DNA of 64,000 bases from an uncultured Chloroflexia bacterium (GCA_963751345.1 CAVVUS010000023.1:128001-192000); one strand, 5' to 3'. Numbered from the stretch's first letter, positions 31,081 to 42,579 are shown. Numbers and translations are program-made. The notes: generated by a model from the sequence alone, not told the origin.

Positions 31081-32235
31081 CTACACTTTCCTCTCGTAGA
31101 TCCGATAGGTCCGGTAGACCTCGGCCCCCACGTTGGCGGCAGTCTGGCGCATCGGTATGTTGCTCTCCAAGACCCAGGAGAACTCGATATCCTTGTACTT
31201 TGGCACGCAGCGTCGTATCGTCTCCGCGATGAGCAGCGCGTGTAGGCCCAGGTCCCGGTACTCCTCGACCACTCCACCGGCGAATGCCCGAAGCGTTGTG
31301 ACCTGCTTGCGCACTTTCCAGTTGTAGATCATCTTTGCCATCGTCCACCACTCCGGCACGCCCGGCCGAGGGTAAGCGCCGTGGAGAGCCTGGTTCATGT
31401 CGGGCAGTGGCAACCCGGCGGCGACGGGCCGCTCGTCCTTGAAGAGGAAGAAGATTGTGTTGGGATCGACGATCGGCTTGAGCGACTTGATCTCGTGGTC
31501 GAGCTCGGCATCGGTCAGGGGGACGAATCCCCAGTTCTTGGACCAGGCCTGGTTGTAGATGTCCTTGAAGTATCCCGCGTCTCGCTTGAAGTTGCTCATA
31601 TCGATGGGGCGCAGTACCAGGTCGTGTCGCTGACGGATGCGCTCCGCCACCCTCAGGATTTTCGGGTTGAGCCCGGTACCGTCCGGCTGCACCTGCCTGA
31701 CATTTTCCAGGAATGCGTAAAGGTTCTGCGCGTTGTAGTAGCCCGCGCTTTCGATGTAGTCCACATAATAGCGCGGGTTGTAGGTCATCATGATGACGGG
31801 CGGGCCATTCCACCCGTCGACCAGCAGGCCACACTCTTCGTTTGTCGAGAAGTTCATCGGGCCGCGGATGGTGTCGAGGCCCTCCTCGTGGATATACGCT
31901 TCTGCCGTGCGTAACAGCTCGTGCGCTGCCTCCTCATCCTGAAGTACCTCGAAGAGACCGAAGAAGCCGACCTTGTCATCCCAGTACTCGTTATGTCGAT
32001 AGTTGACGATGCCGGCTATGGTGCCGACGATTTTTCCATCGCGCCGTGCGGTGAAGTAGCGCACCTTGGCGTGTTCGTGAAAGGGATGCCTGTCGGGGTC
32101 AACGAATTCATCTCGTTCGGAGAGGAGGGGGGGGACCCAATAGGGATCGCCTTTGTAGACTTGCCACGGGAAGCGAACGAACTCCCGCCGTTCGGCGGCG
32201 GACTCAGCCGGCACAATTGTGAGCTTACCTGCCAT
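31081..32235 (-). CDS. GNAT-fold protein, YghO-like
   Basis: FPWQVY..DPYWVPPL, GFFGLFE, GPMNFSTNEECG, YNPRYY, SWVLESN. Confidence 0.8.
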   Translation of the reverse strand: MAGKLTIVPAESAAERREFVRFPWQVYKGDPYWVPPLLSERDEFVDPDRHPFHEHAKVRYFTARRDGKIVGTIAGIVNYRHNEYWDDKVGFFGLFEVLQDEEAAHELLRTAEAYIHEEGLDTIRGPMNFSTNEECGLLVDGWNGPPVIMMTYNPRYYVDYIESAGYYNAQNLYAFLENVRQVQPDGTGLNPKILRVAERIRQRHDLVLRPIDMSNFKRDAGYFKDIYNQAWSKNWGFVPLTDAELDHEIKSLKPIVDPNTIFFLFKDERPVAAGLPLPDMNQALHGAYPRPGVPEWWTMAKMIYNWKVRKQVTTLRAFAGGVVEEYRDLGLHALLIAETIRRCVPKYKDIEFSWVLESNIPMRQTAANVGAEVYRTYRIYERKV

Positions 32236-32445
32236 AATAAGACCTCCTGAAGAAGGACAACACCCGAACACGCAAAGGGAGACGACATAATGCGTCGGAT
32301 TATAGGCATTGCGCATGAGGCGTCAACACGAGCGCACGGTGCCGGTGTATAATATCCACGTGTGCCGAAGGCGGACGCCGAGCTACAGGGGGACCTGTCC
32401 TCCGGTCGCAGCTCCCGAACCCACCACGCAGTGAAAGGGGAACCT

Positions 32446-33418
32446 ATGACACCTCTCGTTATCACAACAAGTGGCCTCACAAAGGTATACCAGGATGTGA
32501 CTGCGGTCGATGCCCTTGACTTGCAGGTGCCCAGGAACTCGATCTTCGGCTTCCTCGGGCCAAATGGCGCCGGAAAGACAACGACGATGAAGCTGCTGTT
32601 GGGTCTGATCCGGCCAACTTCCGGCAGCGCCAGGATCTTCGACCTGGACATGGTGCGGGACAGCGTCGAGATCCGTGCTCGGGTAGGCTACCTATCGCAG
32701 GACCCCAGATTCTACGAGTATATGACGGCGCGTGAGACGTTGACATTCACAGCACGCTTCTTTTTCAAGGGGCCGGACGGCGAGATTGCGACCCGTGTCG
32801 AGGAGATGCTGGAACTGGTCGGGCTGGCCGACAAGGCCGACCGTCCGGTGGAGGGCTTCTCCGGCGGGGAACGGCAGCGGTTGGGCATCGCGCAGGCCCA
32901 GGTGAACTACCCTGACCTACTCATCCTCGATGAGCCGGCGGCTTCACTGGACCCCCTCGGCCGGCGGGACGTGCTCGACGTGATGGCTCGCTTGCGGAAG
33001 CATACGACGATCTTCTACTCCACCCATATCCTGGACGACGTCCAGCGCGTGAGCGATACCGTGGCCATTCTGAACCACGGCAAGCTCGTCTACGCCGGTG
33101 CGATTGACACGCTGCTCGCGGGCAGCGGGGGCGTCGTCTATTCGGTGGCCTTCCGCGGCGACGAAAGCAGGCGCGCAGAAGAGGGTATCTTCGCAGCCGT
33201 GGGTGGCGGGCATCGAGCGCGTCCCAACGGGCGCAGCGGCTGACGATGTCGTCCACTGGCGCGTCGCCGTTACCGAGCCCGATGCAGCGGAGGCGGGGCT
33301 CTTGAGGACGATGCTCGAGGATCCCGGCCTCGCCATCACTGAGTTCCGTCGTCGCTCCTACGATTTGGAAGACATTTTCGTTCAATTGGTGGAGGGGGGC
33401 AGCCATGACGGCCAATAG
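32446..33418 (+). CDS. ABC transporter ATP-binding subunit (frameshift near 33170)
   Basis: GPNGAGKTT, FSGGERQR, LILDEP; C-terminal DLEDIF in the shifted frame. Confidence 0.92.
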
Positions 33419-34196
33419 CGTTTTCGTCCCGGTCCAGGAGCGCGGCTGGCGGCGCGGTCTTGGGAACCTGTTGCGTGCAGGCTTCGGCCAGTGGTGGCGT
33501 ACCAGGACCTGGTGGGTCCACACGTTGATCTGGACAGGTATCCTTGGCCTTATGCTGGCGGGTATCCTTTTCAGTGGTGAGGCTGTTCCCGCGCTCGATT
33601 CCGTCGGGTTCGTCTGTCTCTTCGGTGGGCTGTTTCCTGTCATCGCTATGGTGATTATCATGCAGGGCGCGATCGTCGGCGAGAAGCAGAACGGCGCGGC
33701 GGAATGGATTCTCTCCAAGCCCGTCTCGCGCACGGCCTACATCCTGGGCAAGCTCATTCCCAATGCTGTCGGCGTACTCATCACAATGCTGCTGATCCCG
33801 ATGGTCGTGGGGTGGGGCGTGCTGCGCATCGCCGGCGTGCGGGTGGCCGTGCTGCCTTTTCTGGGCGGGTACCTGATCATCGCCCTGAATATGCTCTTCT
33901 TCCTCGCGCTCACGGTGATGCTGGGCGCGGTGTTCAGGCGACGCGGCGGGGTCATCGGCATCCCCCTGGGCTTGTTGTTCGCCCAGCAGTATCTCGTGGG
34001 TGCCGTCCCGGCCCTGGGCCTTGTGCTTCCCTGGGGGCTCTGTCTGCCGCTAGGACAGGAACTCTCGACATCGATTGCCGGCTCCGTCATGATTGGCACG
34101 ACACCTCCTTCGTGGCTGCCTGTGTTAACGACGCTGTCGGCGACGATCATCTTTGTCGTGGTGGCCGTGTGGCGTTTTGGCGAGGTGGAGGTCTAG
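33405..34196 (+). CDS. ABC-2 type permease
   Basis: About 6 TM segments, GEKQNG..WILSKPVSR...GK motif. Confidence 0.88.
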   Translation: MTANSVFVPVQERGWRRGLGNLLRAGFGQWWRTRTWWVHTLIWTGILGLMLAGILFSGEAVPALDSVGFVCLFGGLFPVIAMVIIMQGAIVGEKQNGAAEWILSKPVSRTAYILGKLIPNAVGVLITMLLIPMVVGWGVLRIAGVRVAVLPFLGGYLIIALNMLFFLALTVMLGAVFRRRGGVIGIPLGLLFAQQYLVGAVPALGLVLPWGLCLPLGQELSTSIAGSVMIGTTPPSWLPVLTTLSATIIFVVVAVWRFGEVEV

Positions 34197-34346
34197 GCAG
34201 TCTCTGTGGTGATTCTGATGTGGCTCTAACGTTCCTATAATCTCCGGGCGGTACACTGTAGGCGTCTTGGTGGGACATCCACGTGCCGTGGCAACGGCTC
34301 TGGCCTTTGCCCGTGGGAGTCCCACCGTCTTGAGGAGGTGGTGAGA

Positions 34347-36954
34347 ATGGACGCAAACAGATATACCGAGAAAACCCAACAGGCGTTACTGCGAGCTCAG
34401 CGGATCGCGACGGAGCGTGGGAATCCCCAGGTGGATCCCGAGCACTTGCTGCTCGCTCTGCTCGAGCAGTCGGATGGCGTCGTGCCAAGGGTCATCTTGG
34501 AGTTGGGCGGGGATCCGCAGCGACTGCGGATGGATCTCGAGCAGACCATCAGCCGCAAGCCCCAGGCACGCGGTTCGGCTGCTCAGGTAGGAATCTCGCC
34601 TGCCGTGTCGCGGATATTGCAGGGGGCGGAGCGCGAGGCCGAGGGCCTGCGCGACGAGTACGTCAGCACGGAGCACATGCTCCTGGCGATGTCCGACTCG
34701 AGTTCAGGGGAGATCGCGCGATTCCTGGCGTCGCAGGGCATCAACCGCGAGGCCGTCCTCCGGGCGTTGACCGGGATCCGGGGTGCGCAGCGCGTCACGT
34801 CGCAGAACCCTGAGGGCACGTACAACGTCCTCGAGAAGTACGGGCGCAACCTTACGCAGCTTGCCCACCAGGGGAAGCTAGACCCGGTGATAGGCCGGGA
34901 TGAGGAGATCCGCCGCTTGATGCAGATTCTCTCGCGGCGCACAAAGAACAATCCCGTGCTCGTGGGCGAGGCCGGCGTCGGGAAGACAGCGATTGTCGAG
35001 GGCCTGGCCCAGCGGATCGTGCGGGGTGACGTGCCTGAGGGGCTGAAGGAGAAGGAGATCTTCCAGCTCGACATGGGCGCGTTGATCGCCGGTGCGAAAT
35101 ATCGGGGCGAGTTTGAGGAGCGGCTCAAGGCCGTGCTCAATGAGATCGCGAGCTCCGAGGGCAAGATGATCCTCTTTATCGACGAACTCCACACAGTCGT
35201 GGGGGCAGGCAAGGCAGAAGGGGCCATGGACGCGGGCAATATCCTCAAGCCGATGCTTGCGCGTGGCGAACTTCACACGATCGGAGCGACGACGCTTGAC
35301 GAGTACCGGCAGTACATCGAGAAGGACGCCGCCCTGGAGCGCCGGTTCCAGCCGGTCTTCGTCGATGAGCCGGATGTTGCCGACACGATCAGCATCCTGC
35401 GAGGTATCAAGGAGCGTTACGACACGCACCACGGGGTGCGGATCCAGGATGCGGCGCTGATTGCCGCTGCGACGTTGGCGGATCGCTACATCACCGGACG
35501 TCAGATGCCGGACAAGGCTATCGATCTGGTCGACGAGTCCGCTGCACGGCTGCGGCTGGAGATTGACTCGAAGCCCACGGAGTTGGACGAGAGCGACCGG
35601 CGGATCATGCAGCTGGAGATCGAGCGAACGGCGCTGAAGCAGGAGAAGGATGATGCCAGTCGGAGACGACTGGCCGATCTCGATCAAGAGCTCGCGGATC
35701 TTCAGGAGCAGAGCCGGGCGCTGACCGCCCAGTGGAAGCAGGAGAAGGCGCAGATCGAGAGGATCCAGAAGGCGCAGCGTGCGCTCGAGAACTTGCAGTT
35801 GGATATCGAGCGCGCGGAGGGCACGCGGGACTTCGACGAGGCTGCCAGGCTGCGCTATGGGCGTGCTCACGAGCTTCAGGAGGAGCTGAGCCAAGCCGAG
35901 TCCGAGTTCCGCAAGGTGCAGGGCGAGCACCCGATGCTCAACTACGAGGTTGGGCCTGAGGAGATCGCACGTGTCGTCTCCGCGTGGACGGGGATTCCCG
36001 TCTCGCGGCTGATGGAGGGCGAGCGGGCCAAGCTGATGCGGATGGAGGATGAGCTTCACAAGCGCGTGGTCGGGCAGAATGAGGCAGTCTCGGCGGTCTC
36101 CAATGCAGTGCGCCGCGCGCGGGCTGGGCTGCAGGATCCGCACCGGCCGATCGGGACGTTCCTGTTCCTGGGGCCGACCGGTGTCGGAAAGACCGAGCTG
36201 GCGCGGGCGCTGGCCGCCTTCCTCTTCGACACCGAGGAGGCGATGGTCCGCATCGACATGAGCGAGTACCAGGAGAAGCACACGGTCTCGCGGCTGATCG
36301 GTGCGCCTCCCGGCTACATCGGCTACGACGAGGGCGGTCAGCTGACGGAGGCGGTGCGCCGCCGACCCTACAGCGTGCTGCTGCTGGACGAGATCGAGAA
36401 GGCCCACGCCGAGGTCTTCAACGTCCTGCTGCAGTTGCTGGACGAGGGGCGTCTGACCGATGGCCACGGGCGCACGGTGGATTTCACCAACACGATCGTG
36501 ATCATGACGAGCAACGTCGGCAGCCGGTGGATCAAGGAGGTCGGTCCTGAGGAGGCGCGCACCGCAGGTGATGCAGGAGCTGGATCGGACCTTCCGGCCC
36601 GAGTTCCTGAACCGTATCGACGAGGTGATCCTCTTCGGCAGCCTGACGCGCGAGGACCTCAAGGCCATCGTCGAGATCCAGGTGGGTAACCTGCGGCGGC
36701 TGCTGCGCGAGCAGCAGATGGATATCGAGCTGACGGAGGCGGCCAAGCAGTTCCTGGCCGATGAGGGCTACGATCCTGTCTTCGGCGCTCGCCCACTCAA
36801 GCGCGCGATTCAGCGCCAGCTGCAGGACCCGCTCTCGATGGCGGTACTCCAGGGGCGCTTCGGCCCCGGGTCCACGATCTTCGTGGATCTTGACCCGGCG
36901 TCGGACGCGCTGGCGTTCGCCGAAATGGAGGAGCCTGTCGGGGTAGCGGCTTGA
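34347..36954 (+). CDS. clpB: ATP-dependent chaperone ClpB (frameshift near 36560)
   Basis: Clp N repeats, [20 protein letters not shown], long M-domain coiled coil, [25 protein letters not shown]. Confidence 0.96.
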
Positions 36955-37021
36955 CGCAGCGGCGTATTGACGATTGACTGGAGCCATCCGACCAATCGTC
37001 AAGCGTCGTTCGAATTGCCAC

Positions 37022-37049
37022 TTGCACAAATCGTCATATATGGTATACT
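37022..37049 (+). promoter_or_regulatory. Putative sigma70 promoter of the csp gene
   Basis: TTGCAC-N16-TATACT with extended TG. Confidence 0.6.
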
Positions 37050-37089
37050 CTTGGATGTAGGACGAGGTAGGTTATGGCTGTGCATTAGG

Positions 37090-37126
37090 GACTGTCCAGG
37101 CTTGCTGAGGCTGGGCAGTCTTTTTT
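37090..37126 (+). terminator. Terminator-like hairpin within the csp 5' leader
   Basis: gactgtccag-N11-ctgggcagtc-TTTTTT. Confidence 0.6.
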
Positions 37127-37178
37127 GTGCCCTGGCTGCTTCGCCCAAGAAATCTCATTAGCTTTAAGGAGCACAGCA

Positions 37179-37388
37179 GTGTCAGAACGAGAAACCGGTA
37201 CCGTGAAGTGGTTCAATGATGCCAAGGGATACGGATTCATTTCCCGAGATTCGGGCGATGACGTCTTTGTCCACTTTTCAGCCATTCAGGCTGGTGGCTT
37301 CCGCTCGCTGCAGGAAAATCAGCGGGTTGAGTTCTCGGTGGAGCAGGGCGACAAAGGCCCCAAGGCCGTCGACGTTCGTCCCCTGTAA
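37179..37388 (+). CDS. Cold-shock protein (CspA family)
   Basis: [15 protein letters not shown] (RNP1), DVFVHFSAI (RNP2); GTG start with RBS AAGGAG. Confidence 0.96.
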   Translation: MSERETGTVKWFNDAKGYGFISRDSGDDVFVHFSAIQAGGFRSLQENQRVEFSVEQGDKGPKAVDVRPL

Positions 37389-37498
37389 TTCCGAGGTAGG
37401 CCCACGGCACCGCGCAAGTTGCCAGGGCATAACTTGGGCAAGGGAATGAGTGCTCGGGACATCCCGGGCACCTGAATCATCAGCTTTATGCTGAAAAG

Positions 37499-37539
37499 AG
37501 ACCGCACAGTTTCTCCGGAAACTGTGCGGTCTTCTGTTT
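37499..37539. terminator. Bidirectional terminator
   Basis: agaccgcacagtttc-tccg-gaaactgtgcggtct flanked by A and T tracts. Confidence 0.8.
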
Positions 37540-37540
37540 G

Positions 37541-38692
37541 TTACCCCGCGGGCATCCCTATCGTGCGTGGGTTCGTACCAGGTCTCCCCACTTTGCGTGC
37601 CCTGCCAGCATAGTCGAGCGCAGCCGAGGCCGCTTCCCGAGCGATCGCGTCGGCCTCATCAGCGGTCCAATCGATGGCGGGCTGTGCCGTGCCCACCTCT
37701 CGCGCCAAGAGCTCCAGCGCGAAGTTGCGCACACGCGCGTTGTCCACGCTGAGTCCGCCGATCGCGAGAGGGACGCCCTTCTCACTTTTCATCGTGACTG
37801 CGTAGGCCTCAAGCTGGGTCAGCTCGTCTTCAGACAGAGGGTGTGCGCCGGAGGCGTCCACGTTCTCGTCGACTTGGGCGACGCTGTTCATCGCCGGGAC
37901 GCACGTCGTGAGCCTGGGATTCTCCAGGATGAAGCGCAGTGCGAGTTGGGCGACCGGCGCGCCCGTATCGAGGCCCAGGGCTGCCGCACCATCGCCAAGG
38001 TTGCGCAGCGCCGTCACCGGCAGACCATAAAGGTGCCAGACCAGCGACTTCATCGCAATCCAGGCTGCACCGGTCCGGTCCAACGCAGCCGCTAGCTCTC
38101 CCTCGGATCTGCGGTTTGCGTAGTTGTAGGGCGTCATCACGGCGTCGAAAGCAGGGTAGGCCGTCAGCAGCCGGGCGGCGTAGTCAGGATCGTGGCATGA
38201 GAAGCCGTAGGTCCGCAGCTTGCCCTCCTGTCGTAGGTGCTCCAGCTCGTCCAGGGTCTCCTCGACGACGGCTGGGGTCGCGAGCGGATCGCCGCCCTCG
38301 ACGGCCCCGAGCATAAACTGGTCGACCGTGTCATACCCGAACTCCTGCAGGCGCTCCTCAACCTCGCGACGTGTGTATTCACGGGGGCTCACCGTCTCGT
38401 GTTTGTAGTTCGAGAAGAAGTCCACGCGCATTGCCGAGACAAAGCAGGCCTCGCGCCGGTGCAGCAGGTGCAGCACGCGGCCCAGGGATGCCAGTTCGCA
38501 GCCGAACGTCGTGTCGAAGTAGGTGATGCCGCGGTCGATGGCCTCGCCTATGACGCGGGCTCGCTCCTGATCGCCAGCGAAAAAGCGCGCCTGTCGTGCG
38601 AGCCCCTGTCCGGTCTCCACGCCGTCTTGATGTCCTCCAACGCCGATCTCCGAAACCCTGATGCCGGTCCTACCATATGTGCGTGTCTTCAT
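37541..38692 (-). CDS. Aldo/keto reductase family protein with C-terminal extension
   Basis: GRTGIRVSEIG, GITYFDT, GFSCHD, PYN, IAMK, LALRF. Confidence 0.82.
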   Translation of the reverse strand: MKTRTYGRTGIRVSEIGVGGHQDGVETGQGLARQARFFAGDQERARVIGEAIDRGITYFDTTFGCELASLGRVLHLLHRREACFVSAMRVDFFSNYKHETVSPREYTRREVEERLQEFGYDTVDQFMLGAVEGGDPLATPAVVEETLDELEHLRQEGKLRTYGFSCHDPDYAARLLTAYPAFDAVMTPYNYANRRSEGELAAALDRTGAAWIAMKSLVWHLYGLPVTALRNLGDGAAALGLDTGAPVAQLALRFILENPRLTTCVPAMNSVAQVDENVDASGAHPLSEDELTQLEAYAVTMKSEKGVPLAIGGLSVDNARVRNFALELLAREVGTAQPAIDWTADEADAIAREAASAALDYAGRARKVGRPGTNPRTIGMPAG

Positions 38693-38776
38693 CTGCTGTC
38701 CCTCTGTATGATGGGTCCTGCCAAGCCATGGGCACGCGATACGTCCCCTGCGTCCTGGCGGCGAATGAGTAGTGTT

Positions 38777-39556
38777 TCAGTGGAGCCAGGGCAGCCAAGG
38801 CTCCATCGCGCGATGCCACAGCTCGGGTGCCCCCCACGCGTCTTCGGTGTCCGGCGTGCCATAGCTGACCTGGATGCCAATCCGGACGGTAATCCAGTAC
38901 CAGGTTAGTTTTGGGACGCCCTCGATCTGCAGCACCAGCTCGCGCAGCGTGGGTACCTCACTTAGCGGCTTGAGCTCGGCACGGGCGAGGTCGATGGGAT
39001 GCAGCACGAGCCCCTCATCCAGGATCGCGAACGCCAGGTGATCGTCGGGCCACACGTCGCCGCGGTCGGGCGCAGGGACGCTGCCGGCACGATAGAGATC
39101 GAGCTCAATGTTGAGCGGCTGCTCGGATCGCGCCAATAGGGTGCGCAGTGGCGTATGGATGAGGCCCCCCAGGGTGTCGTTGAGGAATCGGTGCCAAAAC
39201 CACGAGGGCTGCATCGTCAGCGAGGGGTCGACGAGGTCCAGGGTTTCCGGATCGCCAGGCCACTGCCGCCCAGCGAGCTGCCGGCCCAGCCCCCGTTCGA
39301 TGCGCAGGCCGAGGCAGAAGAGCCCCGGGTCGATGCTCGTCTCGGTCCCGGAGACGCGGCGCAAGAAGAGCCTGGCGTGCGCATAGGGCGGCCAACCGGT
39401 GCCCGGGATGAGCCACCACGGTCCCAGGGCCGGCCGAACGAGGCTCAAGGGCCGCAGCCGCAGGTGCCTCACCGGGGGATCAAGAGTCCGGATATGGCGC
39501 GCGATCGCCTGGGCTGCGTGCTCGTTGTCTGCGTAGAGTGAGATCGGAACCGGCAT
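38777..39556 (-). CDS. Hypothetical protein
   Basis: About 260 aa Trp-rich ORF filling the gap between genes; no recognised motif. Confidence 0.6.
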   Translation of the reverse strand: MPVPISLYADNEHAAQAIARHIRTLDPPVRHLRLRPLSLVRPALGPWWLIPGTGWPPYAHARLFLRRVSGTETSIDPGLFCLGLRIERGLGRQLAGRQWPGDPETLDLVDPSLTMQPSWFWHRFLNDTLGGLIHTPLRTLLARSEQPLNIELDLYRAGSVPAPDRGDVWPDDHLAFAILDEGLVLHPIDLARAELKPLSEVPTLRELVLQIEGVPKLTWYWITVRIGIQVSYGTPDTEDAWGAPELWHRAMEPWLPWLH

Positions 39557-39706
39557 ACACGTATCGTACCACATCCTGCCGATTCGTGGGGCGCATTCGG
39601 CCATCTTCCGGGAAGGTGGATCGAGCCTTGTAGACGCAGAGGCCTGCGGTGTTGGGCATAGCTTCGTAGAGAAGCCACCCCTACCTTCCCGAGAGTTCGG
39701 ATGCGG

Positions 39707-40778
39707 CTACTGCACCACCCCCAGCGCGTCCAGGTTCTCTGGAGAGATCGGTCGCTTTCCCGCAGCGATCTCGCGAACCATCGCGGCAAGCGCCGCGTTG
39801 GCGGGCGTGGGCACGCCAACAGCCTGCCCCTTCTCGACCACATACCCGTTCATGAACTCGATCTCCGGCGTGCGGCCGCGTTCGAGGCTCTGCAGCATCG
39901 ACGACTTGAGCTTACGGAACTTGAGGCCGACCAACATCATGATGGCCTGGCGGGGCACGAGGTCGAGCCCAAAGCCACCCCTCCGTCGCTCTGGGTCGAG
40001 GTAGAGGCGTTGCAGGTCCAGCGTGCCGCCCACCGGTTCGAGCCTGACACCGAGCGCCGTGGCCACGTCGATCACCTCGCTGATGATCGTCAGCGCCATC
40101 CGCCGGACTCTGGCCCGGCGCAGCATCCGTCCCAGGAGTTGGCCGGTGACCGCGCCCAACGTCGTGATCACGCAGTTGATGGCCAGCTTGGACCAGAGGG
40201 CGCCGTAGATGTTCGCCGTCACCGTCGTGGGGACCGCGTGGTCGAGGACGGCTTTGAGTTGGGTGATCCGGTCGCGTCACGCCGCCATCGAGTTCGCCGA
40301 TGGTCGTCTCGCCGCGCGAGGTCATCTCGTAGATGCCGGGCCGGTGCATCGTCGCGCCCCAGCCGACCAACGCGCCAATGACGCGGTCGCGGCCCACGAT
40401 CTCGGCAACACGATCCTCTACGATGCCGTTCTGCAGCGTTACCACGTAGCCGTCGGGTGAGAGCAGCGGCCAGACCTCGCGCGCGGCGACCTCGGCGGCG
40501 GTGGCCTTCATCGCCAGGAGCGCGATATCGAAGGGCCCGCCGGCGCTACTCAAGTCCGGACAGGCACCGGCGCACACGGCGGCCGGTAGGACCTGCTCGC
40601 CCTCCGGTCGGGTGAGGCGCAATCCCTGCGTTGCGAGCGCGTTGCTGATCTCCGCGTTGTGGGTGACGAGCGTGACGTCGTCGCCCGATGCCAGCAGCCC
40701 CGCGGCGATCACACCGCCGATGGCGCCGATGCCCATCAACAGGACGCGCGGCGTCGGGTCGGGCTCCGCGGGCATCAT
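39707..40778 (-). CDS. panE: 2-dehydropantoate 2-reductase family (frameshift near 40270)
   Basis: GIGAIGG, LAMKA, TLQNG, WSKLAINC, SSMLQSL..GRTPEI..MNG. Confidence 0.87.
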
Positions 40779-41257
40779 GTACCGCTCGTCGCGGCCTGTT
40801 TCGCCCACGCCGCGGCGCGCTCCAGCTCGCCCTCCTTGAGTGGCCCCTCTGAGTCCATCACGATGAAGCCCTCGGGCTCCGCCACCGCTTGCCCGCCCTT
40901 GCTCTTGAGCGCACTGAGAATGGGCTTGGCAGCGTAGCCGAAGATGCTGACCATGAATTTCAGAAAGCCCGACTTTGTGTCCGCTACCGCGATGCGGGTG
41001 TCGAACGCCGCCACCTTGACGCCGTTGAGCTTGCCAGCGGGCAGCGCCTTGACCCACGTCATCGTGGCGGGCGTGGCCTTGAAGGCGCGGGTAGGGGAGC
41101 CGACGACGAGGAGATCGACGCCGGCGAGGGCGTCTGCCGTGACGTCAGGCACCTTGACGACTTTGGCGTCGTCGGGCGCGCCGAAAGCTGCGCCGATCGC
41201 CTGGGCGATCTTCTCCGTGTTGCCAAAGACCGAATCGTAGACGACCAATGCTTTCAT
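40775..41257 (-). CDS. Flavodoxin family protein
   Basis: YDSVFGNTEKIA, GSPT, AAFDTR, GPLKEGELERA. Confidence 0.9.
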   Translation of the reverse strand: MKALVVYDSVFGNTEKIAQAIGAAFGAPDDAKVVKVPDVTADALAGVDLLVVGSPTRAFKATPATMTWVKALPAGKLNGVKVAAFDTRIAVADTKSGFLKFMVSIFGYAAKPILSALKSKGGQAVAEPEGFIVMDSEGPLKEGELERAAAWAKQAATSGT

Positions 41258-41506
41258 CGGGGTGGCTCCTTCTTGGCTAGAAACATGAGCACTTGCTGGT
41301 CCTGCGAGAGGTGCCTTGTCAGAACTGTCCGGCACTGCTCGTAGGCACGATATCCACGATTGTAGCTGAAGTTGCGGACTATGCACTGAAGAAATCGGAG
41401 CTGACAATGGCTGTTTGGTCCTTGACCGGCGCCGTGTACGGGGCATAATAAATATGATGACTATCGCTTAAAATGGTCACTTCAAGTCGCCTAAGAGGAG
41501 GTCGAC

Positions 41507-42323
41507 ATGGCCAGGATCGTGCGTTACGGCTTGATTGTCATTGGTCTGGTCCAGCTGGTAGCTGCGCTCATCTTCTTCTTCCAGTGGCCCCTCGTCAGTC
41601 TATGGCCCTATCCGGGCACGACGCCGCTCACGTCCATCTTCATCGCCTCGATTTTCGCTGCTGCGGCCGCCCCTACCTTATGGGCTGCTATCACCGAGAA
41701 CTACGGTGCCCTGGCGGGCATCGGTCTCGATTACGTCACGATCCTCGGGCCTCTCTCGGTCTACTCCTTCATCCTGGGTGCCGGCAGCGGTGATGTCCGG
41801 ATGGTCGCGTTTGCCATTTCGTGCGTCGTGGGGGCGCTCTTCGGCCTGGGCCTGCTGGTGTGGAGCGCAGGCATTCCGATCGATCGCACGACGCCGATGC
41901 CTGGGGTGGTCAGGTGGTCGTTCGTCATCTTCGCCGTGCTGCTAGTCATTGTAGCCGCGAGGATGATCCTGCAGGTGCCGACATCGGTTCCGTGGATGAT
42001 CACTCCGCAGTTGAGGGTGGTGATGGGCTTGATGTTCCTGGGCGCAGCCATGTACTTCGTCTATGGGCTACTGCGACCCAGCTGGCTGAATGCCGCCGGG
42101 CAGTACATCGGTTTCCTTGCGTACGATCTTGTGCTCATCCCCGCCATTCCTATCTCGTCTGTCGACGACACCACCGCAGTTCAAGTTCGGCATGAGCGTG
42201 TATACGGGCGTCGTCATCGGCAGTGCTTTGCTGGGAATCTTCTTCCTCTTCGTCTATGGCGTCACGCGCAGGGCGACATGGCTGCGATCGAGGCGTGCGG
42301 TGGTGCCCGCCGAGCCGAGGTAG
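41507..42323 (+). CDS. Hypothetical multi-pass membrane protein (frameshift near 42145)
   Basis: RBS AGGAGG; two repeated hydrophobic halves (WPY..TPLTS / PW.ITP). Confidence 0.75.
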
Positions 42324-42536
42324 GGCCGGATGGCAGTGATCGTCTGCACGTTGACCCGTTGCCACGTCTGGGATGCGTGACCGGGCGAAAATGGGTTCGT
42401 TTCGTAATACAGCACGCCGCGGCTGTGTACCCCGCCGGGAAGACTCCGGCGACAAGCCTACGGGGACCGCCCCTGTCACGGGCGGTTGTTCGGTTGCGTG
42501 TGTGAGTATGGCCATCATTTTGGTGCTTTCCTGAGA

Positions 42537-42579
42537 TAGATCTTTTGTTCTACTATACACCTGATAGCGGGCCAATCAA
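42537..42579 (-). promoter_or_regulatory. Putative promoter with overlapping LexA-like box
   Basis: TTGATT-N16-TATAGT followed directly by AGAAC-AAAA-GATCT, one mismatch from GAAC-N4-GTTC. Confidence 0.45.

Noticed and set aside
34878-36746. 622-aa antisense ORF opposite clpB, and similar long shadow ORFs elsewhere
   Set aside because: Typical stop-poor antisense frames of high-GC coding DNA; no motifs or RBS.
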